28,198 nucleotides of DNA from an uncultured Candidatus Poseidoniales archaeon (GTDB lineage Archaea > Thermoplasmatota > Poseidoniia > Poseidoniales > CAYMED01). Under the pieces are notes generated by a model. It did no database searches, was not told where the DNA came from, and was given only the letters and a program-made list of their open reading frames with translations. Numbering within the stretch: the stretch's first letter is position 1; each line of letters opens with the position of its first letter. Shown here in pieces: positions 1 to 8,971 of the stretch. Location: NCBI GenBank assembly GCA_964389655.1, contig CAYMED010000022.1, positions 1-28,198 of the forward strand. The letters are read 5' to 3'. Position numbers and translations under genes: made by a program.

Positions 1-3000
1 CCTAATGGTTGAACATTTTGGGAAGTGGTAGTTTGATGCTCTGGACCAAGGGTTCGTACTTCCTCTTTCTTACCACCAAATACGATAATTGCTGCACTGG
101 CCATAGCACCTAATGACACAATAATTGCTGCAGTAACCCACATCGCACCTGATGTGATGGAACTTTCAACATCACCAGCGACACCAGATTCATTCGTGTT
201 CGTAGTGGAGTTTGTCACATTTTGGCTGCTTTGATTTGAGGTTGAATTTGTTAGAGATGTTTGGTTTGAAGGAATGTCACCTATTTGGATTGTGAAGGAA
301 GTTGTTGCTGTTTGGGAGAGTGCATTGTCAATCGTCGCATGTACACTCCAAGTTCCTTCAGCCCAAGTTGAGCAATCGAGGATTTTGTGGTGATGAGATA
401 AAGTCGACTTGTTATCAGGACTTGTTTCTAGTTGCCATTGGATATTCCCACCCCCCCAAATACCCCCTGTGGGGTCAGTAATGTCTGCACTGATTCGGCA
501 ATAATCACCTGCATCAATTTTGGAAGATGGTGATGTGATATTCATAATCAGTGCATGGGGTGATGATGGAGGTGTGGGGCTTTCTAGATCAAAATCATCG
601 ATTACTGAAATTGAAGGAGAAAGAAGACCATCAAGGTCTGTTACTGTCAATATTCCCGAATATTTTCCAGGCCCTGCTGTTGGAATAACATACGACTTTT
701 TGGATTGAAGCCCCACTTCAGGCGTTACATTCCACCAAAGGTTGGTAGAAGCCCCCGCATCGTTTTCTAAATGTAAGCGAGCTTGCAAAGAAGCAGATTC
801 CATATCCGTTTCAACTATGATCTCAACCTCAAATCCATCATTAATTCCATCATCATCAAGATCAACCATTTCAGGTGACTTAATGTTTGAAATGATGGAC
901 ATGTCTAGGTTGTCGAGAGTCCACCTCTCAACTGTGGAATCAAACGCAATTGGATTGCCTTTGTGTATCAGATAGTATTGTTGCGATTCGCGAATAAGAG
1001 GTCGAGGATCCCCAGCGGGGCCACCTTTCACCAGCCATAACTCAATATCATCTAAATCGCTATTATCGGAATCCACTTCAAGTTCAATCACATATTCCCC
1101 ATTCACATTTGGGGTCATTTTATGCGAAAATGAGTTGTCTTTAGGGACTGATGAATTCTCAGGGGGGGAGGTTGTATATGTCCACGTCTTGGTGTTTAGC
1201 GGAGCATTTTCACCTGAAACAAGTTTTGTGAAGTCATGTAATTTTGTTTTAACTGTGATTTCTGATTGTTCTGATATCTCGCCAAGAACTTCAAAGTCAA
1301 CTTGAAGGGTATCGTCAGAATGGAAACCGTCCACGTCGCTTGTAATAACTGATATATCATCCAAAAACAGACCATCCCATTTTGCATCTAAACCATGTGT
1401 TCCAACCACATGCTCGACATGGTCTTCGTGGTACTGGACCACCCATACATCGATGGGGCCTGGCATAAGGTTTGTTTTGGTGAGGTCAACATCAATGGAA
1501 ACACCACCACCTATCGAATATCCGATTGATGATCCTTTTTCCACCCAGCGAATAGAGTAGGGATCTGAATGATCAAAAATCCAAACTTCAATTTCACTAC
1601 GATTAATACTGCCAGATTCATTGGAATTGAGAGAAAGAATGGCTTCAATTCGGTCGGCAAATCCATCTTCATTATCATCCTCAGTATCTATTCGGAAATT
1701 AGAGTCAATGTATTCATTAGCCCCCCTATCTGTCGATGTACTATTTCCTTCGATCCAAACTGGGTGAGGAATTCGATGGACGTCAACAACCCCTTCTGCA
1801 CAAATTAAACGCAGTTCTACCTCAAGTAGATGCGCTTGATCGGGTGTTGCTGGTATCTCCAATATTGGATCAGGATCACTTCCAACTAGGAATGTTGAGG
1901 TCTGAGCTTGATGAGAAAAGTCCCCGCCACCATAGAGCGGTGATGGCCAATACTCAGCAACGTCCAAAAATGGTTTATTCGAAGATGTCTGAGAGGAGGG
2001 GGACGCAGATGAGCGCGTCCAAGCTTCTGCTCTGCAATCAATGCCCGAAGAATCCTTTTTTTCGGTCTCAAATCGGATTTTAACCCCATCATTAAATGAG
2101 ATTGATTCATGGGTGCGCGGTTCGACGATGACGTCTGAATCAAAAATAGGACTATCTCTCGGTTTCAACACTTTGACGTCAATTTCACTGTTGAATGAAT
2201 CGATGCTATTAATCACAATTGTAAGGTCTATTGAATCATCTCGGCGATCTTTGACTGGTGAATCTGCTGTGCTTGAAATAACATCTCCTTCAGTAAAACA
2301 ATCAGTGCTTGTTCCTCTGTTGAAACCATCAATCAGATCTGTTCGACCGTCCGCTTCAACCAAACGAATTGCAGGGGATGATTCGTCATCGTTTGTCAAT
2401 GATCCAGACCCATCCTCCTCTTTCGTATTTACATGCCAAACCAATACTCCCGAGCATGGAAGAGAGCGGTCAAAATGAGGGGGAGAAAGGTGGTTTGGAT
2501 CGTCTGAAACCGCCATTCGGTGCTCAATTAGGAGATACTCATCCCTCGAATCAATTTCAAAGAGGAGGATTTTTCCATCGGTCGAGGATAAGCCCAACTC
2601 AATATCTTCCGTTTTAGTTGAACTAATTGTATCAAGATCTGCCCACCCTAATTGATATTTCGCCCAAGGATCAAGATGGGATGGGTTACTCTCGCCAGCA
2701 TCCAAAAGAAGGTGTCCTGAGCCAAGAATGCTGAAGGAGCCCAACCCATTGGACGATCCATCTCGATCGTGAAGTTCCGGAAGGCCAAGGTGATTGGCAT
2801 AGATTCTAACATAAGAGCCGAGTTGGCAATTGATTGAGCACGCCATAAATCGATTTACAGATATGTTCTCTTGATTCTTCCATGATGTAGAAAACTCATG
2901 AGCTATTGGCCAAAGAGATTCGATGTCAACTGAAGAACCATCGCCATCAGAATCGCCATTCCACACGTCATCTCCAAGAGTGAATAGTACGAGAAGATTA

Positions 3001-3452
3001 GAGATTTCACCTGTTTCTGAAATTCCATCCCATTTGCTCATATCTTCAATAGTAGAAAATGCTTGGAGGCCTTCGGTTACACAATCACTTAATCCATGGG
3101 TGGAAGTACATTCGGAGGCAATTCTTGAAAGACGAATTGGGGTTTGATGAATCGTTACTTCTACAGTATGCTGGTTATTACTAACCTCTTCCCAATAATT
3201 TGGAAAGGAAAGAGGGTTCGATGTTGAACTTAACACAGTTGATAATTCAGCAACATCTTCTGATGTTGATGAAGTTCCTGCTGGTTCAAGAATAATGACA
3301 TGCATTTTGGCAAGAGATGGGGGTAGGGAAATGCTGCTTTCTGAAGTTGAGGGTTGAGAAATTGGTCCACTTTCATTGGAAAATGAAAATAACGGGACAA
3401 AACCCGCAATTATTAGCAAAAATGCGATAATAGGGAAACTCGCACGCAACAC
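1..3452 (-). CDS. Large membrane-anchored surface protein with an N-terminal M6 (immune inhibitor A-like) metallopeptidase-like domain, catalytic motif degenerate; 3' end lies outside the window
   Basis: Absent from the ORF track, consistent with no stop codon in the window. Manual translation from GTG 3452 (TTG 3455 or 3449 also possible; in-frame TAG just upstream) gives a hydrophobic signal region (VLRASFPIIAFLLIIAGFVPLF). M6-type motifs follow: SFPNYWEEVS, LGLPELHD, PSHLDPWAKYQLGW, EYLLIEHR, FDRSLPCSGVLVWHVN, RLVEADGRTDL. A sequon-rich stalk and a TM helix (MWVTAAIIVSLGAMASAAIIVFGG, ~143-72) are in the same frame. Confidence 0.85.
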   Translation of the reverse strand, partial: MLRASFPIIAFLLIIAGFVPLFSFSNESGPISQPSTSESSISLPPSLAKMHVIILEPAGTSSTSEDVAELSTVLSSTSNPLSFPNYWEEVSNNQHTVEVTIHQTPIRLSRIASECTSTHGLSDCVTEGLQAFSTIEDMSKWDGISETGEISNLLVLFTLGDDVWNGDSDGDGSSVDIESLWPIAHEFSTSWKNQENISVNRFMACSINCQLGSYVRIYANHLGLPELHDRDGSSNGLGSFSILGSGHLLLDAGESNPSHLDPWAKYQLGWADLDTISSTKTEDIELGLSSTDGKILLFEIDSRDEYLLIEHRMAVSDDPNHLSPPHFDRSLPCSGVLVWHVNTKEEDGSGSLTNDDESSPAIRLVEADGRTDLIDGFNRGTSTDCFTEGDVISSTADSPVKDRRDDSIDLTIVINSIDSFNSEIDVKVLKPRDSPIFDSDVIVEPRTHESISFNDGVKIRFETEKKDSSGIDCRAEAWTRSSASPSSQTSSNKPFLDVAEYWPSPLYGGGDFSHQAQTSTFLVGSDPDPILEIPATPDQAHLLEVELRLICAEGVVDVHRIPHPVWIEGNSTSTDRGANEYIDSNFRIDTEDDNEDGFADRIEAILSLNSNESGSINRSEIEVWIFDHSDPYSIRWVEKGSSIGYSIGGGVSIDVDLTKTNLMPGPIDVWVVQYHEDHVEHVVGTHGLDAKWDGLFLDDISVITSDVDGFHSDDTLQVDFEVLGEISEQSEITVKTKLHDFTKLVSGENAPLNTKTWTYTTSPPENSSVPKDNSFSHKMTPNVNGEYVIELEVDSDNSDLDDIELWLVKGGPAGDPRPLIRESQQYYLIHKGNPIAFDSTVERWTLDNLDMSIISNIKSPEMVDLDDDGINDGFEVEIIVETDMESASLQARLHLENDAGASTNLWWNVTPEVGLQSKKSYVIPTAGPGKYSGILTVTDLDGLLSPSISVIDDFDLESPTPPSSPHALIMNITSPSSKIDAGDYCRISADITDPTGGIWGGGNIQWQLETSPDNKSTLSHHHKILDCSTWAEGTWSVHATIDNALSQTATTSFTIQIGDIPSNQTSLTNSTSNQSSQNVTNSTTNTNESGVAGDVESSITSGAMWVTAAIIVSLGAMASAAIIVFGGKKEEVRTLGPEHQTTTSQNVQPL

Positions 3453-3522
3453 CAAAGCCCCAGTCTATGATCCAGCGTAAGGACCCATGTATGAGGATTA
3501 TTGAAAGAAATGAATCGAAAGG

Positions 3523-3606
3523 TGCGGGGGGCAGGATTTGAACCTGCGAACTCCTTGAGACTGGCCCCTCAAGCCAGCGCCGTTGACCATGCTGGGCGAC
3601 CCCCGC
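3523..3606 (-). tRNA. tRNA-Leu (anticodon GAG)
   Basis: Reverse complement GCGGGGG...CCCCCGC-A acceptor stem, anticodon arm CTGGC-TT-GAG-GG-GCCAG, long variable arm, T-loop GGTTCAAATCC; no intron. Confidence 0.96.
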
Positions 3607-3652
3607 GGGAATTCTCGCTCGGGGTGGATTGTTATTTGAATAACGCGAGAAA

Positions 3653-4441
3653 TTATATGATGATTGAAAGGCAAGTTAAGGATCCATCTGCGGCCCTAAA
3701 TTGGCTCATTTCAAGTGGAAGGGGAAGAAGGCCTTCTTGAATGAGGTGTTTGAGAACTGTGGGGTATCCTGCAGCAACAATGGTGTGTTGGCCAATACCA
3801 ATTGTATTTGCTGAATAGGACTCATCAGGAGGAACTTCAAGCACTTTCATATTGCGGGAAATAGGGGATAGTGCCTGTGAAAATCCACTTGGGCAGAGAA
3901 GTAAATAGGGAGTAGGTGCTGAGCAAATTGTTTTCAGATGAAGTGTCCATTTTGGTACATCAATCACGTGTAACGCCATTGAGCGCAAAGCACAAAATTC
4001 TTTCAGCCCTAAAATTCCTTTTGCGTCTGATCGATTAGAATGCCCAACCAATACATCATTTTCAAGTACGATTACATCACCACCATCTATGTAGCCATCT
4101 TTAAGATTCACGCGATAAGCATGCTCCTCTAGCAATCTGTGAATGGGGGGGGATTCGCCACGCCTAGATGGGTGTCCCACTTTTGTAGCCAAGAATGAAT
4201 CACCAATCACTACTGCATGATCTTCAACAAACACGCAATCTGGATATTCAGGATCTTCGGGAATATGTATCAAGTCAACACCAAGTGATTCTAATGTTTC
4301 ACAATATTTCCTGTGTTGTTGACGCGCAAGCATAAGGTTGTCTGGCGGACCATCAAAATGGGAAGAAAGGGCCTTTTCAAACGAGGAACTGACGCCACGA
4401 ACAATTCCTATGCGTCCCGTTGAAGGCCAATGTGTCGCCAC
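3653..4441 (-). CDS. Dimethylarginine dimethylaminohydrolase (DDAH)/amidinotransferase superfamily protein
   Basis: Motifs ARQQH, YPDCVFVED, PSRRGE, DGGD, LHLKT and C-terminal ADGSLTCLS; catalytic His and Cys retained. Confidence 0.9.
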   Translation of the reverse strand: MATHWPSTGRIGIVRGVSSSFEKALSSHFDGPPDNLMLARQQHRKYCETLESLGVDLIHIPEDPEYPDCVFVEDHAVVIGDSFLATKVGHPSRRGESPPIHRLLEEHAYRVNLKDGYIDGGDVIVLENDVLVGHSNRSDAKGILGLKEFCALRSMALHVIDVPKWTLHLKTICSAPTPYLLLCPSGFSQALSPISRNMKVLEVPPDESYSANTIGIGQHTIVAAGYPTVLKHLIQEGLLPLPLEMSQFRAADGSLTCLSIII

Positions 4442-4492
4442 TATATCATCTGAAAGAAAGAGGGTCGTTCAAGGTTCCCAAGTGTTGAACAT

Positions 4493-6106
4493 TTACTGAA
4501 CTGCGGGGGGTTCAACATACCATCCACCATCTGATTTATTCCTCAATTCAAGTGCTTGAATTCCTGATTTAGTCGAGTGAAGGAGATGAATGTGGTCATT
4601 TATCCTAGTTTTTCGCTCTTCAAGCGAAGAGAGGGTGAGTTGGGCAATACGTACGCAAGATCTCCACCCTAGTGCTTCAATAAGAGAATTATTTGATGAT
4701 AAATTGGTGGATTCTGGGATAACCTCATGAATTAACTTAGATAAAACATCAACTTCTTTTTTTGCTTCTGAGAATTCAGATGCGGATGAATTTGGATGGG
4801 TTGCAACCATCATCGATTTTGATAGGCGTAGTGGAAGGTCTGAAATTCTAGGGTGAGAGTCTCCCACATCTATTGAAACCCATTCATCAAGCGATGATTG
4901 AAGATCGATCAATTTTGATTGAAGGTCTTCTTTGCGCCCCAAACCCCTACCAGAAACCCAATTTCCTGCCTCTTTCCCGCATATAGACCCGCTTATCACG
5001 TCTGCTAACAAACGGTTCCCTGCAAGATATGATGAGCCATGGAATCCGGCCGAACCGATTGATCCTGCGGCCCACAACCCGGTTGCCCAGGAATTCCAAG
5101 ACCCCATCAGAACTCTACCGCGCTCATCAGTAAGGAGGCCGCCCAATGACGACACGATCCCTGGTTGAATGGGTACTACATCATTTTCGATGTCCAAATT
5201 ATATATGGATTTGAGGGATGTTCTCAATTCACGACTCCAAGAAAACCCATCTTTGTCCATTAACCGGGCATCTAACACATGCCTATTACCGGAATTTATC
5301 ATTCGTATGCAAATCCCCTCTGGACTCTCCCCTGATCCAAATTCAAGACAGCTCCCATCGGTTCCTCGAATTAACGCACCATCATCTAAAAGAGAAAATG
5401 GGAGGGGAAAGGTGGATCCCTCAACCAATAAGGGGTGCCAAGCAACATTTTCTATTCCACGCAATGGTACACCGGCATCCATGGCAATTGAAAGGGAAAA
5501 ACCCCATTCATTCCCTGAGCCCTTCCATGCACTTCCATGTGCTTCATCTGCAAGAATAATTGCTCTAGAAAGAATTCCTTGGACTTGACCTTTGTTAGAA
5601 TCAAGCCCAATAACTCCTCGAACTGCCCCCTCATCGAGAGCAAGATGAAGGGGGATCCATTCTGTTCGATGAAGAATATTATGACGGAGGCACTCATTTT
5701 CCAATATTCGAATGATGCTGCGGCCAGTTTGACAGCCAGCACTGGCGACTCTATTGAAGGAATGGCCTGGCTGGCGAGAAAGATGAAGGCGGCCATCAGA
5801 TTGCCGGCGAAGAGGAAGACCAATTTTCTCAAGAAGACTTACTTCCTCAGCGGCCATTGAAGACCAACGGTGTACTGTGCGCTGATCATTATTGAAGGAT
5901 CCTGCTGATATTGTGTCGTTTCGGAGAGCATTTCCACTTGATTCGTTTAATGGTGCCGTAATGCCCTCAAATTCACTTGAAGATGATGCCCCATCCCATG
6001 GGTTTGAAGAAAGTACAATCACTGTTGCGCCTAATTCAGCAACACCAATTGCGGCACGAAGTGCGGCTGGTCCTGAACCAATCACTGCTACATCATAGGC
6101 TTCCAT
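4493..6106 (-). CDS. Divergent succinate dehydrogenase/fumarate reductase flavoprotein-like (SdhA/FrdA/NadB family) protein
   Basis: N-terminal YDVAVIGSGPAALRAA, PGHSFNRV, TGRSII, WHP, LGGLLTD, GLWAAG and HG..LAGN.L segments are colinear with SdhA. Many catalytic residues are replaced. Confidence 0.85.
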   Translation of the reverse strand: MEAYDVAVIGSGPAALRAAIGVAELGATVIVLSSNPWDGASSSSEFEGITAPLNESSGNALRNDTISAGSFNNDQRTVHRWSSMAAEEVSLLEKIGLPLRRQSDGRLHLSRQPGHSFNRVASAGCQTGRSIIRILENECLRHNILHRTEWIPLHLALDEGAVRGVIGLDSNKGQVQGILSRAIILADEAHGSAWKGSGNEWGFSLSIAMDAGVPLRGIENVAWHPLLVEGSTFPLPFSLLDDGALIRGTDGSCLEFGSGESPEGICIRMINSGNRHVLDARLMDKDGFSWSRELRTSLKSIYNLDIENDVVPIQPGIVSSLGGLLTDERGRVLMGSWNSWATGLWAAGSIGSAGFHGSSYLAGNRLLADVISGSICGKEAGNWVSGRGLGRKEDLQSKLIDLQSSLDEWVSIDVGDSHPRISDLPLRLSKSMMVATHPNSSASEFSEAKKEVDVLSKLIHEVIPESTNLSSNNSLIEALGWRSCVRIAQLTLSSLEERKTRINDHIHLLHSTKSGIQALELRNKSDGGWYVEPPAVQ

Positions 6107-6151
6107 GTAGTTGACCCAAGGATGAAGGCGTCATCAATGTGGCGCATCACA

Positions 6152-7390
6152 TTAGTGTATCCTAGGAAGAAGATGGTTATGGTTAAGAATTACTGCACCA
6201 CTTGAATCTGTGATCAAAATAGTAAGAGAACGACAATGTGGCGCTGATATAGGGGATATATCAATCCAAAGCGGAGTTGTTGGCATTTTCTTATCCCATG
6301 GATCAAAAATATCCACTGAAATTTCAAGGTTGATCGATGGGCCAGCTGATATTTTTACATTCAAGGGACCATCGTATCTACCTGCAAGAAGGCAAGTTAA
6401 GGAAAGCGGAGTGCTTCTAGGGCTGCAGCCCACTTCCAAATCACATTTCATACCCTCACCTGCCGAGATGCGTGAAAGGTGTCGAGAAAGAAGTCGCTGC
6501 CAAGCTGGTTGGGCATCTAATGCTGCAAGGAGCAAGCGCTTTCTCGTCCTAGAATCAAGAGGGAAGTCGTCCACATTCTCTGCTTCATTACCCTCAAAAC
6601 CTAAAACTTGAGGAAGGTCTTCCCATAACAATTCCTCAACTTTTTCCTCTACGTCAGAATTATTGTTTAATGACCACTCTTCTTCTTGTCCAAGCCAAGT
6701 CTCAAGGCTAAGTGGATCAAGATGTTCAATGAGTAGAGTACGTAACAATAGGCGTGTTGAGAGGGGGTGTTGCAAACATGGTACTAGGTCAGACCAGGTA
6801 AAGGGATCATCCGAATCTATTTCGGTGGTTTTGGCTGTTCTAAATGTTGTCCAAAGCATTATCACTGATAAAAATGAAATCGCGAGAATAAGGAGGTGGC
6901 GGCTTGGTTGATCTAAAGATGAAGAAAAGGCAGAGGTGAAAATTAATACTGAAATCAGGGAAAGACCAAGAACAAAAGAAATGAGAAGGTGGCGGCGAAT
7001 TTTCATTACTTCAATTTGAACATGAACCATTGCCGCCTCGTCGCGTAGATCCATCCCACGTTGATGTGATTGTAAAATTCTATCATCCACCAATCGACAG
7101 GCCCAATCAGAATGAATCACGGGGGGAAGATTAGAAACACCTACAATTAGAATTGATAGAGTAGTAACAAGAAATAATTCTGCAGCGCCACCAAGAGCAA
7201 TTGCCAATATTGAAAATATCATAATAATTACCGGTGCAATCAACCGTATTGACTGAAGAGCGGGGTGTTGTGCTAATGACCCCCATAATCTGTGTTGTAA
7301 GCGCCTAAATTGCACGCGGTCATCTATAGTGCTTGTATTATCCATGTTACCCATATCTGGGAGGACTCCATCCTCAATTGCAGGTAACAA
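6152..7390 (-). CDS. Hypothetical membrane protein (about 4 N-terminal TM helices plus a soluble C-terminal region)
   Basis: 412-aa ORF that fills the gap, with hydrophobic stretches such as LIAPVIIMIFSILAIALGG and LLISFVLGLSLISVLIF; no family recognised. Confidence 0.75.
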   Translation of the reverse strand: MLPAIEDGVLPDMGNMDNTSTIDDRVQFRRLQHRLWGSLAQHPALQSIRLIAPVIIMIFSILAIALGGAAELFLVTTLSILIVGVSNLPPVIHSDWACRLVDDRILQSHQRGMDLRDEAAMVHVQIEVMKIRRHLLISFVLGLSLISVLIFTSAFSSSLDQPSRHLLILAISFLSVIMLWTTFRTAKTTEIDSDDPFTWSDLVPCLQHPLSTRLLLRTLLIEHLDPLSLETWLGQEEEWSLNNNSDVEEKVEELLWEDLPQVLGFEGNEAENVDDFPLDSRTRKRLLLAALDAQPAWQRLLSRHLSRISAGEGMKCDLEVGCSPRSTPLSLTCLLAGRYDGPLNVKISAGPSINLEISVDIFDPWDKKMPTTPLWIDISPISAPHCRSLTILITDSSGAVILNHNHLLPRIH

Positions 7391-7500
7391 TCAACACAGG
7401 AACGAATGCTCCTCACGGTTCAATGCTACCCTTGCTATACTGCGAAAGTGAAGAATTCTAGCCAAAGGCTTGAAAGCGGGGCGATGAACGGCCGAATCGC

Positions 7501-7656
7501 ATGGCAAGTAAGAAGGACGTCGAGTACAAGTGCTTGCAGTGTGGAAGCCACGAATGGTTTACGGCTGGTGTGCCTAGCATCAAATGTAAAATGTGTGGCT
7601 CTCGAATTTTTGTTAAACCAAGACGTAATTTCCACAAGGATGTAGAGGCGGTTTAA
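7501..7656 (+). CDS. rpoP: DNA-directed RNA polymerase subunit P (Rpo12)
   Basis: Too short for the ORF track. Translation MASKKDVEYKCLQCGSHEWFTAGVPSIKCKMCGSRIFVKPRRNFHKDVEAV* has the YKCxxC...CxxCGxRIxxKxR zinc ribbon typical of Rpo12/RPB12. Confidence 0.9.
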   Translation: MASKKDVEYKCLQCGSHEWFTAGVPSIKCKMCGSRIFVKPRRNFHKDVEAV

Positions 7657-7696
7657 GCCGACTTATTGAAGTGCTACCGCCACTAGACCAAAATTC

Positions 7697-8839
7697 ATGG
7701 GGACTTGGGCTGCGAAGTATGCCCCAACTTTGTTTGAGGAAATTCATCCCTCTTCAATAAAAGACCGAGTCGTTAATGCTGTTATGAGTAATTCACCACC
7801 CCACATGCTTTTGAGTGGCCCAAGTGGGGTTGGAAAAACAACGTGTTGGCAATTAATTGCGAGGCAGGTCCTTGGCCCAGGGTGGAAAAATACAACACAT
7901 ATTTATCAAGCAAGAGATCGCTCAAGAACTCGCGGGGAAACTGCCGCATTTGAAAGATTCTTGCGGCCCGAAGGTGGCGACTCAAAGGATACATTGGCGG
8001 GAAGAATGAGCCTAGATTCATTTGACCGAGGGTTCATAGATTCTGAAGATGGGGTGCCCCCTGCTGGAATTGAAAGCATACCCCTAGGTCCAATTCACGG
8101 CATCCAACCAATCTCCAGAATACTTGTCATTGAAGATGCTGATTGCTTGGGGACACGGATCCAACCAATGCTCAGAAGAATTCTCGAAAACGAATCTTCA
8201 TCAACAAGGTTTATCCTAACTGCCCGGGCGCCGAGCAGAATTATCGATGCATTGCGGAGTAGGATGTTACATCTTCGATTCCCAACTACAAATGTAGTCA
8301 CTGTTCGGAATATTTTGGTCGATATATTGTCAAAAGAGGGATATTCACATAGTGAAGGGGTGATCGAAGATATTGCACATATTGCAAATGGAAATCTAAG
8401 AAAGGGGATTATGTTGATTGAAATTACAGCGCGTAGGGGATGGCTAACTAATCGAGATAAAATCCAAGATTACTTAGGAAGGCTATCTCCTAAAACTGCA
8501 AGAATTATTGTGGACTTGGCCTTGCGGGGAAAGACCCATGTTTGGTCAAAAAAGGAAAAAGGGGGATCAGTATTAAGTGGTGCAATGGGGCGAGTTGACG
8601 CCCTAATGAGGGAAGGGGGCTTGAAAGCAGATGAAGTGATCTTACGACTTCATAATGCAATTATATCCCCCAGCCTCCTGATTGATGATTCTTCGAGATC
8701 AAAAATGCTACTTGTGCTATCAAAAGGAGATGCTAGAATTCGCTCAACTAAATCCTCGAGGATTGAACTCGAAAGAATAATTATGTCATGGGCTAAAATT
8801 GGTACTTCCATCGGCTTAAATACACCAAATATGAATTAA
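7697..8839 (+). CDS. Replication factor C small subunit-like AAA+ protein (divergent)
   Basis: WAAKYAP (RFC box II), PHMLLSGPSGVGKTT Walker A, ILVIEDAD Walker B-like, LRRILE, RFIL, IIDALRSR, GNLRK sensor 2. Confidence 0.88.
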   Translation: MGTWAAKYAPTLFEEIHPSSIKDRVVNAVMSNSPPHMLLSGPSGVGKTTCWQLIARQVLGPGWKNTTHIYQARDRSRTRGETAAFERFLRPEGGDSKDTLAGRMSLDSFDRGFIDSEDGVPPAGIESIPLGPIHGIQPISRILVIEDADCLGTRIQPMLRRILENESSSTRFILTARAPSRIIDALRSRMLHLRFPTTNVVTVRNILVDILSKEGYSHSEGVIEDIAHIANGNLRKGIMLIEITARRGWLTNRDKIQDYLGRLSPKTARIIVDLALRGKTHVWSKKEKGGSVLSGAMGRVDALMREGGLKADEVILRLHNAIISPSLLIDDSSRSKMLLVLSKGDARIRSTKSSRIELERIIMSWAKIGTSIGLNTPNMN

Positions 8840-8860
8840 TTATCCGTAATTCCATGTAAG

Positions 8861-8934
8861 CGGGCGCGGCAGGATTCGAACCCGCGATCTCCGGCTTAGG
8901 AGGCCGGTGCATTATCCAGCTGTGCTACGCGCCC
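8861..8934 (-). tRNA. tRNA-Arg (anticodon CCT)
   Basis: GGGCGCG...CGCGCCC-G acceptor stem, anticodon arm CCGGC-CT-CCT-AA-GCCGG, T-loop GGTTCGAATCC. Confidence 0.96.
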
Positions 8935-8971
8935 ATTTTTTCGGGATCAATGGGGTGATAAGGTATTGCCG

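Noticed and set aside
520-3147. Many short track ORFs in the first 3.2 kb
   Set aside because: Shadows of the single long minus-strand M6-like gene.
3453-3606. tRNA-Leu as an integration site for an island carrying the large surface gene
   Set aside because: No duplicated tRNA 3' end or integrase seen in the window; the far boundary would lie outside it, so this cannot be tested here.
3501-3740. ORFs spanning tRNA genes (3501..3740 and 11010..11195)
   Set aside because: They translate tRNA sequence and are not protein-coding.
7406-7645. Track ORFs 7406..7645 (+) and 7435..7635 (-)
   Set aside because: Both overlap the recognisable rpo12 gene in another frame.
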